This document shows, one piece after another, positions 39,740-51,877 of a stretch of DNA of 64,000 nucleotides (its first letter is position 1; the number at the start of each line of letters is the position of its first letter). The notes under the pieces were generated by a model, which saw nothing but the letters and a program-made list of their open reading frames with translations, was not told the DNA's origin and made no database searches. Origin of the DNA: Haplodiscus bocki. Lineage: Eukaryota. Position numbers and translations under genes: made by a program. The stretch is taken from assembly GCA_965655095.1 (NCBI GenBank), contig OZ296649.1, forward strand, positions 58,962,001-59,026,000, given 5' to 3'.

Positions 39740-42700
39740 TCACTTGATGGGGAAAATTGATGTAATTATCGGGTTACAGTTTGAAAATGACGTCAAGAGG
39801 AAAGCATTAATTGATAGAGGAGCTTGTGGTAACGCCATGCAGGATTTTTATGAAAAAGTGGAATATCGTCGATTTCACTCAGAAATACAGCAAGCTCGTT
39901 TCTTAAATGTCAAAGTAGCATCAGGGCCCTTTTTTAAAGTTCTCGGCCAAATTGACGTCAAATATAAATTTCATGAGCATTATTTTGAGGATACATCCTT
40001 CATACTTCCCTCTAAGATTAGTGTTGTAGGCAACCCATTCTTTCGAAAACACAGTTTTGACTTTATTCCTGCAGAAAACTTACTTATACTATCGGGAATG
40101 ACTTACGAATTGAATGAAAAAAACCCTGGCGAAGGACCTAGAACTTCCGAAAAAACGTTTTGATGAGCCAGAAAGTTTTAATCAGGCCTCTGCATCAGGA
40201 AATTCTACAGACAAAACCAGATTTTTGGAAAAACCTCGATGGAAACACTGGATTGATTATCCCAGGTGACGATCCCGAAAATAGTACAGAATTGAGACTT
40301 TAATCATCTGATCTCACAGCTGCAAAGCACTATAAAGTTTCAATTTTAGCAATCAATTTGAATGACCACGCTGTAACTTTCACAAAAAACAAACAGGTAG
40401 CAGATTTCCAATTTCTCTCCACAAAAAGAGGAGAACTTAATTGGAATCCCACCAGAATTTTTAGCACTTGACTAAGCGAAAAATGGAGTTTTTTTCTGCG
40501 TAATTGATCAACTTATTCGAGTGGGAAAAACGAGCAGGAAAGCAACCTAAACGCCCTCTTCCAGAATTTGACAATCTGGTATCCTGCGCCAGAAACATGT
40601 CAAAATCCTGAAAATCTTTTTACCTTGCAGAGGAATTTTTTTGACAACATAGCTGAATTGCAAAAACGATCTTCTAGGTCTGGGAAATAACGAAACCGAA
40701 GAGGAAACCTTCGAAATGGAAAGGTTTTCAGTTGAGTAGTGCGACATTTCGGCGAAACATAGATTTGATGTTGGATACATTACAGAGTTGAAACTTGAGG
40801 TGAAACTAGCACATGATTTACCTGTTCATGTACAAAGTGCCCCCCACCCCAATTCACCTGCGAGATGAAATTCTGGTTGAATTAGCTCCAATGCAATAAT
40901 ATGGCATTGTCACTTTTCCGAACTCTGAGTATTGTAGTCCAATCTTTGCACAACGAAAGCCATGAGAAAAACTGGGACTATTGATCAATTTGAAGCGTGT
41001 TAATCACCTTCTTCGAATGATTACAGCGACCACAGTTTCCCCATTTCGAAAATGACAGATGCCGCTCGTCATTTTGCCAGACAGACTTTGTTTACCAAAC
41101 TAGGTTGTCCACACGTTTATCTTTGTATGCAAATGGCTGACTCCTTATCAGTCCAACTCTTGTCTTTCAACTTTGCCTCGAGAGCATATGCCTATTCAAG
41201 ATTAGCTCAAAGTTTGAACAAATCAGTGACCGGATTTAGCTCATTTGCCACATCCTATCTTGATGCTTGCCTTGCGGCCAACTTATGTACACAATTCATG
41301 GATGATATCGGATGTGGAGTGGAGACATTTGTCCCCGCACTTAGACAAATTTTTGATTTTTTGTGAAAATCAGGACTTCGGTTGACACCTCATAAATTTG
41401 ATTTCGGCATGACCTCGATAAACTTCTTCGGCGACACGATCAGCTCGAAAGGACTTAAACCGGAAACTAAGATAGTGGAAAAAATTTCAAGAACTATGAA
41501 ATTAGCGGCAACAGTTAGACAACTGAAGAGATTGGTCGATTGGTTTTGTTTCATCGTACATTTTTGCCTAATCTTGCTCAAAATTTGATGCCTTGGTATA
41601 AATTATTTCGGTCAGATGTTGACTTTTCCTTGAGTGACGATCATTTAAAAAGTTTCGCAACAATAAAGGCCTTTTACAAGCTACAACAATCACTCAGGCT
41701 AACGAAGACTCGAGAACAATGTTATTTTATGTGATGCATGTTATTGCAGTAGTGGATTCGTTCTCATGATAGACGGCCAGCTCAAACAGAAAGACGGGAA
41801 GCCGAAACAAGCATACACACCAGTTCCGTTTGGCTCCTAATTTTATAACTCGAGTCAATTAAAAATGTCTACCTTTTGTTAAGAAATTTTAGCACTTTTT
41901 CGCTAAAATGCTTTTCCTATTTTATCTGGGATGCAGAAAAAGCGGTGATAGTTTTGACGGATAGCAAAAGTCCAACTAGTTTTTCCAGTCGAAACGACTG
42001 CATCCATCATTACGGAACATTATGAATAGAGTGATCGCTTATAACATAGTCTTAGCGCATATACGTGATCGAGCAATTATAGCGACAGATTTTCTGTCAA
42101 AAATGCAAACTGATCCAAGTCAGATCTTGGAACTGCAATTGCTTGACTCAATTCCAATGAAACATATTGATATGTTCCAATTAAACAAAAGCTAAAACAC
42201 CCGATGGATCTTTGCTGTCGATCGAATCGAGAAGCGTCTTACATGAAACAAAACAACCGCAAATACAACAAGGTTTACTGGAACAGTTACAAGCTAACGA
42301 TGCCTCGCCCAATTTTGTTCGTAACCTGAACGACATTCTTGAGAGTGCTTAACCAAAGGAGACCATTGAACTTTTTGCAGTAAAATGAACGCCTGAAATT
42401 AATTTAGTTCAAGGAAATGACCCATTGAATTTTTTGAACATCGAAATCGAATACACAAGTAATAGGCTTTCAGACAGAGAGGAAAAATGATCAAGCCTTC
42501 CGCAAAGTTAAAGCCTGGATTCAAAACGGATGCACAGATGATATTACATGTGCATCATTTAAACTGAAAAATTACCATATGCACCTATCGCGTTTGCAAG
42601 TACAAAAAGTATTCCTTACTCATCTTTTTTTGACAGAGTCGGACAGATTTACCATCATCATGTGTGCGATCAGCTACATTTGAGACAAGAAGTTATATAT

Positions 42701-43760
42701 GGAATTCACTACTCACCAACAGGTGGCGACATCGGCATTGTCCGAACCGCCCAAGAGTTCCACAAGAGATTCTACTTTCCGGGATCCTCTGAATTCCTCA
42801 TGGATTACATCAAAAATTGTCGCTCTTGTTCGACACTGAAAAAAATCAACATGAAGCAACTGAAACCTCCTTTGCAGCCAATCAATTGGAACATTTTTTT
42901 CCGGGAGAAATGATGCAAATTGACTTGAGTGGTCCTTTCCAATCACCGATTTACAAGTATGCTCCCTCGGGCATTGATGTATTTTCAAAACACCCGTTTG
43001 CGGTTTCGCTAACACCGGTACATGCCGGAAGCGTTGGTAAAGCATTGGTTTCAATACTTTTTCAACACAGTTACATTCCTACGACAGTTCTCTCGGACCT
43101 GGAAACAAGCCTCGTAGCAAAATTACAGCATGAATTGACTGATTTACTTGAAATTCAATTACAACACGCTTCTTTGAAACATCCACAGACCATTGGAGTA
43201 GTTGAACGCTCATACTCGGCGTTGAAACGTACTCTCAAACCTAATACGGACGAAGATTGGACTACATGGTATCGGTATGTTGACCTAGCTACGTTTTTTC
43301 ATAACACTTCTGACCATTCATCGATTGGATGTGCCCTCAGCTCATTGTTTCACGGCATAGACCCAGTCAAACCTAATGAATTGCGGTTCCGGAGCCATGT
43401 TATAGCGAAAAAGAACTCACGTCAGAATATTCAGTAGATTTGCAATGTTGCTGCTTCCCAGACGCAAAATCGAGACTGCTCGATGCATATCATAAATACC
43501 GTACCTACTATATAAAGGCAGCAGCAAAGGTGTTGGCTAACCAGGAGTATTGCTTACTGTTGAATCCTTCGTTGCTTCCGCAGAATGACTTTGCTGCGAA
43601 ATCGACAATCATCTGTCTCTCATTGTTTAAGTTGAAAAAGTTGTCACAAAATCAAACTACTTAGTTGGAAAGGTCGGTACGCCCTAAACTTAATGTGTGC
43701 ATCGCATTAGACTGCGACAGTTGAGCCTAAAAATCAAGCTGAGGCTATATCTTTAACAAC
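39740..43760 (+). pseudogene. pol: Gypsy pol (protease-RT-RNase H-integrase), multiple stops and frameshifts
   Basis: Protease ALIDRGA; RT SEYCSPIF, FTKLGC..VY, QFMDDI; RNase H MCDA...GFVLM; integrase H..GG.IG...C..C, QIDLSGPF, VLSD, HPQTIGVVERS. The PR-RT-RH-IN order is Ty3/Gypsy. Confidence 0.92.
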
Positions 43761-43864
43761 AGATGAGTTTCGGCCTGATCCAATTGCGTTCCGAGCTTGA
43801 AATATTTGAGTCAGCGCTAGAGCAATCATTTGAGGATACCGCATTTTAACTAACTCATCCTCAA

Positions 43865-44428
43865 TTGTCGAAAAAAGAGCACGATGAAGCTCAATACAAT
43901 ATAGGAGGAGCAATTGCTGGTCCAGGGGTTGCCGTGCCCGCAGCTATTGCCCCAGTAGTTGGACCCCATGATGCACCAGCGCAAGTTGACGCACCACAGT
44001 GTAATTCTGGGGCAGGCGGAAGCCCCTCGTTCCCAACACCACCCGCACCTGAGCTAGAAAATCCGGTAGAATTGGAAAACCTATTTTTTCCTGAACCTAA
44101 TCAACAACTGACACCGGCTCATGTACACAACAACAATTCACAAGCGGGTGTGCCTGCGCAGGGAACCGTGAATGCTTCCACTGCACTCGTTCAGCCTAGT
44201 CCTCCTTTTGCATTCGCTCGGCGGACTGACGCTCGTTCGCAAGGTCATACACAAGGCCATGCTACGGTAACACGAACAGGTCCGCAGCCTCCGCGCATTT
44301 TATTTGATTGCTACGATCATGATAGGGTCATCCTTACTAGACAACAATTGACTGCCGATGCTTACTACGAGTATTTGGCTCAACAATCTGCGCTACCGCA
44401 AACACGTGACGAAGACATTAGCACTTGA
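43865..44428 (+). CDS. Pro/Ala/Gln-rich low-complexity ORF, likely integrase C-terminal linker
   Basis: 187 open codons rich in P/A/Q directly after integrase and before the macrodomain. Confidence 0.5.
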   Translation: MSKKEHDEAQYNIGGAIAGPGVAVPAAIAPVVGPHDAPAQVDAPQCNSGAGGSPSFPTPPAPELENPVELENLFFPEPNQQLTPAHVHNNNSQAGVPAQGTVNASTALVQPSPPFAFARRTDARSQGHTQGHATVTRTGPQPPRILFDCYDHDRVILTRQQLTADAYYEYLAQQSALPQTRDEDIST

Positions 44429-44639
44429 AAGTCCTTGCTCAATGAACTCGGAAACAGCTGGTCACCTCAAAAAATCCGACGGCGGATTTTCACAAAACTC
44501 CCGAAAAATCTATTTTGAAAAAGCCATACCCTGATAGATCAAATATAGGACAACGGGGTCCTTCTTCTGATATCTATTCGGCAACATTTCAGCTGAATCC
44601 GAATGATGCTAATCAGACTGACATCATTGAGTTACCTCA

Positions 44640-45075
44640 CAGCATTCACATCTCAGAAGGTGACATTTTTAGTGATCCTGAAGGAAATTTCGCACATTGC
44701 TTTTTCTCTGATTTAGCAATGTCTGCAGGGATATCAACGCAGTGTCTTCACATTTTTCCAGACTTCACTGAAATACGCAAAACTCGGAAATTTTTACCTC
44801 CAGATTTTTTAATCGCACATTTTAATCTTTTGCCTAACAATTGGATAAACAATTTAATCACGAAATGGACATGATATGACAAGCCAAAATACTCGGACCT
44901 GGACAAATGCTTTTGCCGAATGAAAAGTCATATATTGCAACATCATATTAACGAAATTCGCTTACTTCAAATTGGATGTGGACTTGACAAACTGGAATGG
45001 AACCGAGTTCTGCAGATAATTATAGCAATGTTTGGCAATTATGACATTGACATTGACATTTTCCTTCTCCGAGCT
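44640..45075 (+). pseudogene. TARG1/OARD1 (Poa1p-like) macrodomain, ADP-ribosylhydrolase family, element-encoded; one in-frame TGA at 44872
   Basis: ISEGDIF...FAHCFFSDLAMSAGI...NLITKWT*YDKPKY..L..C..RMKSH...IRLLQIGCGLDKLEWNRVLQIIIAMF aligns motif for motif with TARG1 (GDLF, LAHCIS.D..MGAGIA, LITK, KPTY, MKSH, IGCGLD.L.W). ORFs 44515 and 44920 are in the same frame. Confidence 0.9.
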
Positions 45076-45448
45076 CCAACCAGCCTTAGTCCGGCAAATC
45101 TTAATGGCAGAGGAATATTCCTCAGATGAAGAAACGCCAAGACTTGTTCGAGAAATGAGTAAGACGTCAATACCCTCCCACGACTGACCGAAATGATCGT
45201 GAGACACCGAGCTGAGATACGTCACACAAGTTGACTTGTTTGCCTGATTATACTTATCATAATTTTGACTAGAAATCTGATAAATTTGACTGGTGTTTAC
45301 CTCAAGTAAACGTTTAAAATTATTTGTTGTCAACCAATTCTTATTACAAGTCGTCAATCACTACTTACGAGGTGTCAACTAGAGTGCAGAGTTCAAGAGT
45401 AATTAACTCATTGCATCTAAGATTTATACGATTTTCCCACGACAGAAA

Positions 45449-48322
45449 ATGAACAATCTATTTTGGGGTTTTCCACACCGAACTTTCTCTTGCAATTTTT
45501 TCAAAATTTTACTATTAAACATAGCCGGCACATTAGTGTTCAACCTACAACGGTCCGTCTGTACCCTGAGCGCTGGCAAAGTCAAGTGTTTACGGACGAT
45601 GAAATTGATGGAGTTCCGCACAAATTTGAATTGGATAGGTGTCCTTGATTCATTACATCAACATGCTGATTCGGACTGCCTCCATCAATTCCCACAATGG
45701 CTTATCGATGATGAGCATTCGCAACGGCGCACATTTTTCTTCACGGTTTTGTAAATTGACACCTGATATCGCATAATGAATTTGGATGAATTATCATTTA
45801 TCTCATCAGCCTCTATAGAAAAACACTTTCCGCTTCTCTCCTCAGTCTCACATTAGATATTCAACGTATGCAAAAACCATGAGTCGTTGTTTCGGAGAAT
45901 TCCAATCAGTGGATACATTTGTGAATTTCATGGTGCTCCCGTTGTCTGGAGAGTGACCCCTTCATACATAAGCCCCCGAGTGGACTTGGAATCCGTTACT
46001 GGAATCAAGGAACCATCATATACAAAGATTTTGAAAATTCACAGGAATGGAGCACACTCATGAGTGCCGCAGCTCTCCTTGGTCATGATTTCAACGTTGT
46101 TGAAGAACTCTGTCAACTCGGTCTGGTTGGCACGACAATTCAGGTGCCGTTTTTAATTTTCGGAAACACATTATGCTGTCACGATTTTGATCACTTCTCT
46201 AGCCAGGACTATCTGTCACTGAATTTCCATACTCTAGTTGTTATATATTTGTAACTTGCACCTGGTTTTCGAAAAAAGTTTTTTAATTGTGTCACGCGGT
46301 ATCAGTTTCCAACATCCATTTTGAAAATCGTAGGTTTTAGTTCATTTATTCGGAAAAACTTCCGCTCTGGCTGCACTTTTCATTGTTTAAAGAGGAAAAT
46401 TCTCATCTCCCGTTAGGTTTTCTCGCCCATATGAGAAAGATTCATAGCCCTCGTCATTGTAGCCTTCTCTCAAGCGTTTACTAATAATTTCGTGACGTTT
46501 CAGTTTTTGACTTTGTACCAAGTAAACTGGCTGTATTACCATGAATTCTCCGAATGTGGAGTCTTCCGACGGGTTCAACTGGTCGGTACTAGCGCTGATT
46601 GTGGTTACCCCCCTTTGGTCTTAACGTTCTGCCGATGGAGTTACAGACATTTACCAAATTGGAACGACGCCGTTCTCCCCAACACCGGAATGAAATAATG
46701 GCGTGTCTCGTCAAGTATTCAGGAACGAGCAGCCAGGACTCTCATCGACTTGCTGATGCTGAATATTTTTTAAGCGCACTCAATGACCGGGCAAGAACCG
46801 CCGATAGCATAACTCTTTGTTGAGTTTTTGATCAAATTGAAATGTAAGCAATGAGAGATATTTATAGTCCACAGTTAATATGTTTATTTTGTCTGATTAA
46901 ATTGACAGCAATGAAAGTTCTGAATTTTTTAAATCAAGGCCTAACCAACAAAAACGTGGGCTTTTTCGCCATTTTGCGCTCAACTTAAACGAAACTGGAA
47001 AAACTATCCCCAACGTTAGATAGCCCTAGGTTTTGTTACCCTACGTGGAGAATATCAGTATCCTATCTTGTGATCCCTACAAACGGTACGAAAACTTCAC
47101 TCCTGAAGTAGTGAAGGCTACAGACTTCATTTTCGCAGATTACAATTTTTTGCAAAAAGATTGCACAAAAGAACCAGTTGGACCATTGTGGAATTTTTTT
47201 CAATTAACCGCACTTGTATTGTGTTTTCCCCTTTATCCATCTAAATTTTTGCATGACTTTGGCTTTATTCTTCAAAGGTTTTCGTTTCTCAATTTCTGAA
47301 TGGAAAGAAGGCCTCACAAAATCCCGGATTTTTTTCTTGGGTATGCAATTTCGCCTTGAACACAGTTGCAGGCTCCCCTGAACAGCTAAACTTTGGGAAA
47401 AACCGTTCAAGGACTGGCTCACACCATTCGTACAGCTTTCAAGGAAGAGACACACGTCTCAGACGCCAGCATCTCCTTCTTCAAGGAAGTGAAATTCTGC
47501 ATAACACCCTCACCTAAAACAAACGCAGGGAAAAAACAAGACCGATAACAAACACTGTAACTGACCTAGTGCGAAAATGAGCAATGGAAAATGGTTTTGG
47601 GTACCGTCCGTCTGGTAACAGTATGCACCTGCTGGCGGAATAAGGATGGTTATCATTAGTCCGTTGTTTGAAAATGTATGTTCTCACAGTTTTCCACCGG
47701 GGGGGGGGGGGGGGGCGAGAGATTGACATTGCCTTCCCGAGATATCATCATCCGACATGCCAATCTCCCCTGCGTTACACTTTTCCAAATGAACCAGACA
47801 CGTCAAGCGTTTTCATACGCCAAACAGTTTACGTAAAGATGCCCCCTTAGAGGAAAAGTCGGTGAATTGAACTACGATCAACTTGTCATTGATACCCTTT
47901 GCTTTACCGCAGCCATCCCTCGTTTTCCGAATTGTCTAATATGGAAAGGCCCAACCCGTCCGGGGTACACGTTCTTAGAAAGCACATTTACTTCAAATTG
48001 ACACCTCGTGGGGCCACTATCACTGATTTGAATGTACTAGATTACAGTCCAGGTCATCAATCTCTTTTGAACTGGTTTGCGCCATATTCATAGGAGCCCA
48101 ACGTGGGAAAGATACACGTACTCGCCCAGGTATACAAAATGGCTGATTCTTATCTTTGATTCCTCCCACGGTAGGTACCTTCTGGTCATACCTACCTTCG
48201 ACGCTGCGTTTCCGAGAAGCAACTTGACTTCGGCAAAATTTTGCATCATTTCTGAGAATACCTAGGTCTGTTTGAACCCCCCTTGTGAAGATCTGAGTCA
48301 ATCCTTGAGTGAAACGCTAACG
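45449..48322 (+). other. Extended 3' internal region of the Gypsy element with decayed orphan ORFs
   Basis: Chain of plus-strand ORF pieces (45449, 46060, 46492, 47033, 47668, 47899) with no domain I recognise. No 3' LTR is seen before the duplication breakpoint. Confidence 0.35.
47699..47715 (+). repeat. Poly-G tract (17 G)
   Basis: Directly visible in otherwise AT-rich sequence. Confidence 0.95.
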
Positions 48323-51300
48323 AATCAAACCTAGGATTCCCTGCCCTTTAAAACATTGCAATGTTCCTAATGACCTTTGAACCATTTAAACTATTTGGTC
48401 ATTCTGTTTATTTTAATAAAGAAAACTTCAGTCTTAATTACAAGCTCAAGAGAGAATATAACTACTGCGTGGTTCGTTTTTTTTTAACTAACCGAAATCT
48501 AGGATTGCGACCCAAGCTCCGAAGTTCTTGTTCCGCTCGCCAATACTGTCTTCTCCAAGATTTAATGACAATCAAGACCTGAAATTCAAATTTTTGAGTT
48601 GGTGACAGTTCCGAAACAATCCTGATAATGCAATACAGAGAGAAACTATCCTCCAGATAGATGGCAAACTTTTGCTCCCTACCAACCACCCGCTGCCATT
48701 CGTTCACGTCATCCACCAAACCCTGTCAACCGTCATCCACACCTGATCCAGTTGCACGTCATCTACATCCAGATCCACGAACCTGTAAAACTAAAATTTT
48801 GTCTTAACAACTCCCCCTTACAGATTGTAAAGAATCAACGTGATTTGGGTCTTACGCTCAACTCATTGCTCTCCTGGTCGAATAACTGTGGAACAAGACT
48901 TCAGAAAGGCTGGCGTGCGTTCTATTTTGTGAAGAGAATTTTTTCGCCTACTGCCACTGAGCAAACAAAGTCAAACGTTTATCCTGGCTATGTGTTTCTT
49001 ATACTCAAGTCTAGAGATTTTTCTAGTCAAGTGAAAATAATGCCTCTGTCGATGTACTTTGAACTTCACTTCATGACCTTTTCCTAATATCAGTGATGGG
49101 AGGCAAGTACAGCATCGGCACTTGTAGGGCATTATCAATCGCTGCAGGTGCGAGAACTCTTCAGTCAGCGGTAAATGAATTTATTATCCCTTAGACCCGA
49201 CTGAAGAGATGTGACGAAAACTTTGTGGTTCTTGCAGCCATCTTATTCAACGTTATGAGACGCCGCCTAATCAAAAGAAATGAAACGTTGATGAATAAGA
49301 AAACGATAACTGCAGTTTACTGGTAGTACTTTCGGAACTTTTCTCAAGTAGAATGTCATGTGCACTTGGAGATTTTACTGTCACTGCGGAGACTGCAAGA
49401 TACACTCAAAACTGACATACTTGTGCCTTGTTGGAAAATACTGGGTGAAAACCGATGGGCTCAAAACCTAAAGACTTTACTAGTACTACTAATACTAAAA
49501 CAGGAGAAGGATCGGCAGGATCAATGAGAACAAACTACAAGTTTTACGCGTAGACTGTCTGTTGCTTCAATTTTGAAGAGCAACTTTCAAATACATTGCT
49601 GTCAGTTCAACACTGGAGGCGCAAAAATATCACTGATGAGGAGTTTTCACCTTGTTCGCAAAAGTCGTATTTCAATAATGATTCTGGCACTTTTACAATT
49701 GAAGTACAATTGATATTCAATTTGGGCGCAACGACAGTACGATGGTTAGATTTCAGTTACCAGCCAGAGATTCCTCGGGATGTCTCAATTCATGAAGTAT
49801 TCCAAAGGTGTTGGTAATGTCAAAGCCAGTTTTGATGTAATTTTCAAGATGCTTTAGCGGCTGAACTTCTTGCAATTGCTTTCATTTGACTTAGAACATT
49901 GTTTTTCAACTATCCGATTTTCTTTTTGATCATTCTCAATCTCACCATAGTCTTCCGAGTATTGTTTTTTGCAGAAAATTTCTGATTTTCACTTTAGAAT
50001 TTTAGAACAGTTGAGTTGTACACAAATGATTTTTCAATTTAGTTTTTTGTTTGATTGGGTGGCATTGTTGTTTTCATCTTTGTTTCTACATCTATTGGTC
50101 TTTCCATGGTTTTTACGAAGAACTGATTAAAAAACTTCAAATATCTCTCTGCAGTTACTTTGCATTTGTTAGAAATTTTTCATTTAAAAATTTTTTTTGG
50201 AGACGCAGTTGATTCTTTTCAACAACAATTCTTAGGCGATTATTTTCCAGTTTTTTTCTTGCGTCCTGTCATTAACATGTTGACATGAAGTTTGTAATTA
50301 ACTGAGGAGAGCTTGAGATACCATAATCGAACACCTAAATGTGTTTGAATCACAATTTCTTCGGTCTTGATATTCACTTCTCTCTAAACTACCAGAGTCA
50401 CTGGTAAAGTATTAATTTAATATTCGGTACCAAATATTACTTTTCAGAGCTCTACTGCTCGAGTTCCGACGTGAAGGCAGTTCAGTGGGATCGCTCATTG
50501 TTAGCGTAAAAACGGATTCAAGCATCCGAGTCAAAAAGAGAATTTGACGAGTTCAAAAAAGCATCGATGGTGAAACTCCAAAAAAGGTTGTTTTGGTCCT
50601 TCAAGATCCAATGTGTAGTAGGCTCCCGGAGGCTGATTTATCATCAAGTTTGGAAAACTTTGGCTACCTGCAGTTTGGAGTTAAGCTGGAAAGCAAGTTG
50701 CTTAATGAGCGTTTTCCGATGACCCTCAGTTACGCCCTGCCATTCTGCTGAAAGATCTTGGGCCTAGACAACCCAAAGATGGATAGTCCAAGTAGCAGCA
50801 GGCGAGAGACTGTTTATGGCAAAAACCCGAGCTTGGAACTCATTAGGCGACTTTTTTCAACTAGCCGGGAACATTATTCAAAGAGATATAGTGTCATGTC
50901 ATTGACATTCCTGGCTTTGAATTTATTTGAGAACCACATGAGACACCCTTATAGAACACCCAAAGATTTTAATTCATAGTTTGTTCGTTCTCGTTGTTTT
51001 CATCTCTTCTCTCTAATCTAGCACAGTCGCATGTAGTGAGTTTTTGTTTAGTCTTTGGTACCAACTGAACATTTTCAAAGCCTTCCCGGTCAAATTCTGA
51101 CATCTTGTCCTCTGATCTAACCTAATTTTTGCTTCACTCAACTTAGCTTTTTTAACTCGTTTCTTACGGCTCAACCACTACTTATACACTTAATCCTGAT
51201 TCGTATTATCCTTAATCCTTATGGAATTTTTCTTTGAGTTTGAACAAGTACTTGGAAGTGTTTTGGTGGTGACGGCGATACCAACAGGCATGCTTTTTGC

Positions 51301-51877
51301 AATTGCTTCTTCGAGATGCTGCTTCACGTTCAAACTTTGCCTGAAGCAACGAAATAATTTAGATCTGTCTGTAACATCCCTGTAACATTGCGTGCTATGG
51401 TGAAACTAAGGCAGAAAAGACTTATCTAAAGAATGTGCACATCAAAACGTATCTTTAAAGGAGATATGAACTCTGCACTTTCCGGAGTGTAACCGGCACT
51501 TTTTTTAAGATAACCTACTCCCTCTCCTCAATAGTGAGACATTATTTAGTATCAATAGCTTAAATTCTTAGTTTAAGGACACAATAAATTTGCGGAATCT
51601 AAGTGAAAGTTGACTTAAACTAACGAAGTTTCTTTTCTGAGACGGGCTGTTGAGTTACCACTGGTAGCAAGTCTAATCGCGGGACCTCGCAGCCACTACT
51701 CTCATGAACAATCTGAAAGTATTGAACGTTAAAATTCGCTCCGGCTACGAAGAAGAACATCTAGAAGTAGATTCACTTACATTGGAATCCCTTTGTGACC
51801 GTTTTTGCAATCCTCATTCACAAGGATTACATATTTTGTAACTTGAGTACCGGAAATTTGACTCAAAACGGACAATC
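48323..51877 (+). repeat. 3.55-kb direct duplication, copy 2
   Basis: See 31812-35368. This copy continues seamlessly into gag at 51878, whereas copy 1 jumps into env-like sequence. Confidence 0.98.
51381..51786 (+). mobile_element. Solo LTR (family A), duplicated copy with ATCCC TSD
   Basis: Near-identical to 34872-35277, with the same TSD. Confidence 0.85.

Noticed and set aside
44640-45075. Host OARD1 gene or bacterial DarTG toxin-antitoxin locus
   Set aside because: Intronless, embedded co-directionally in a Gypsy internal region and decayed like it. No DarT-like ORF or prokaryotic context.
31812-51877. The 3.55-kb repeats as giant LTRs of one 20-kb retrotransposon
   Set aside because: No TG...CA termini, PBS, PPT or TSD at their ends. 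The unit is a mosaic of unrelated TE fragments and ends mid-gag.
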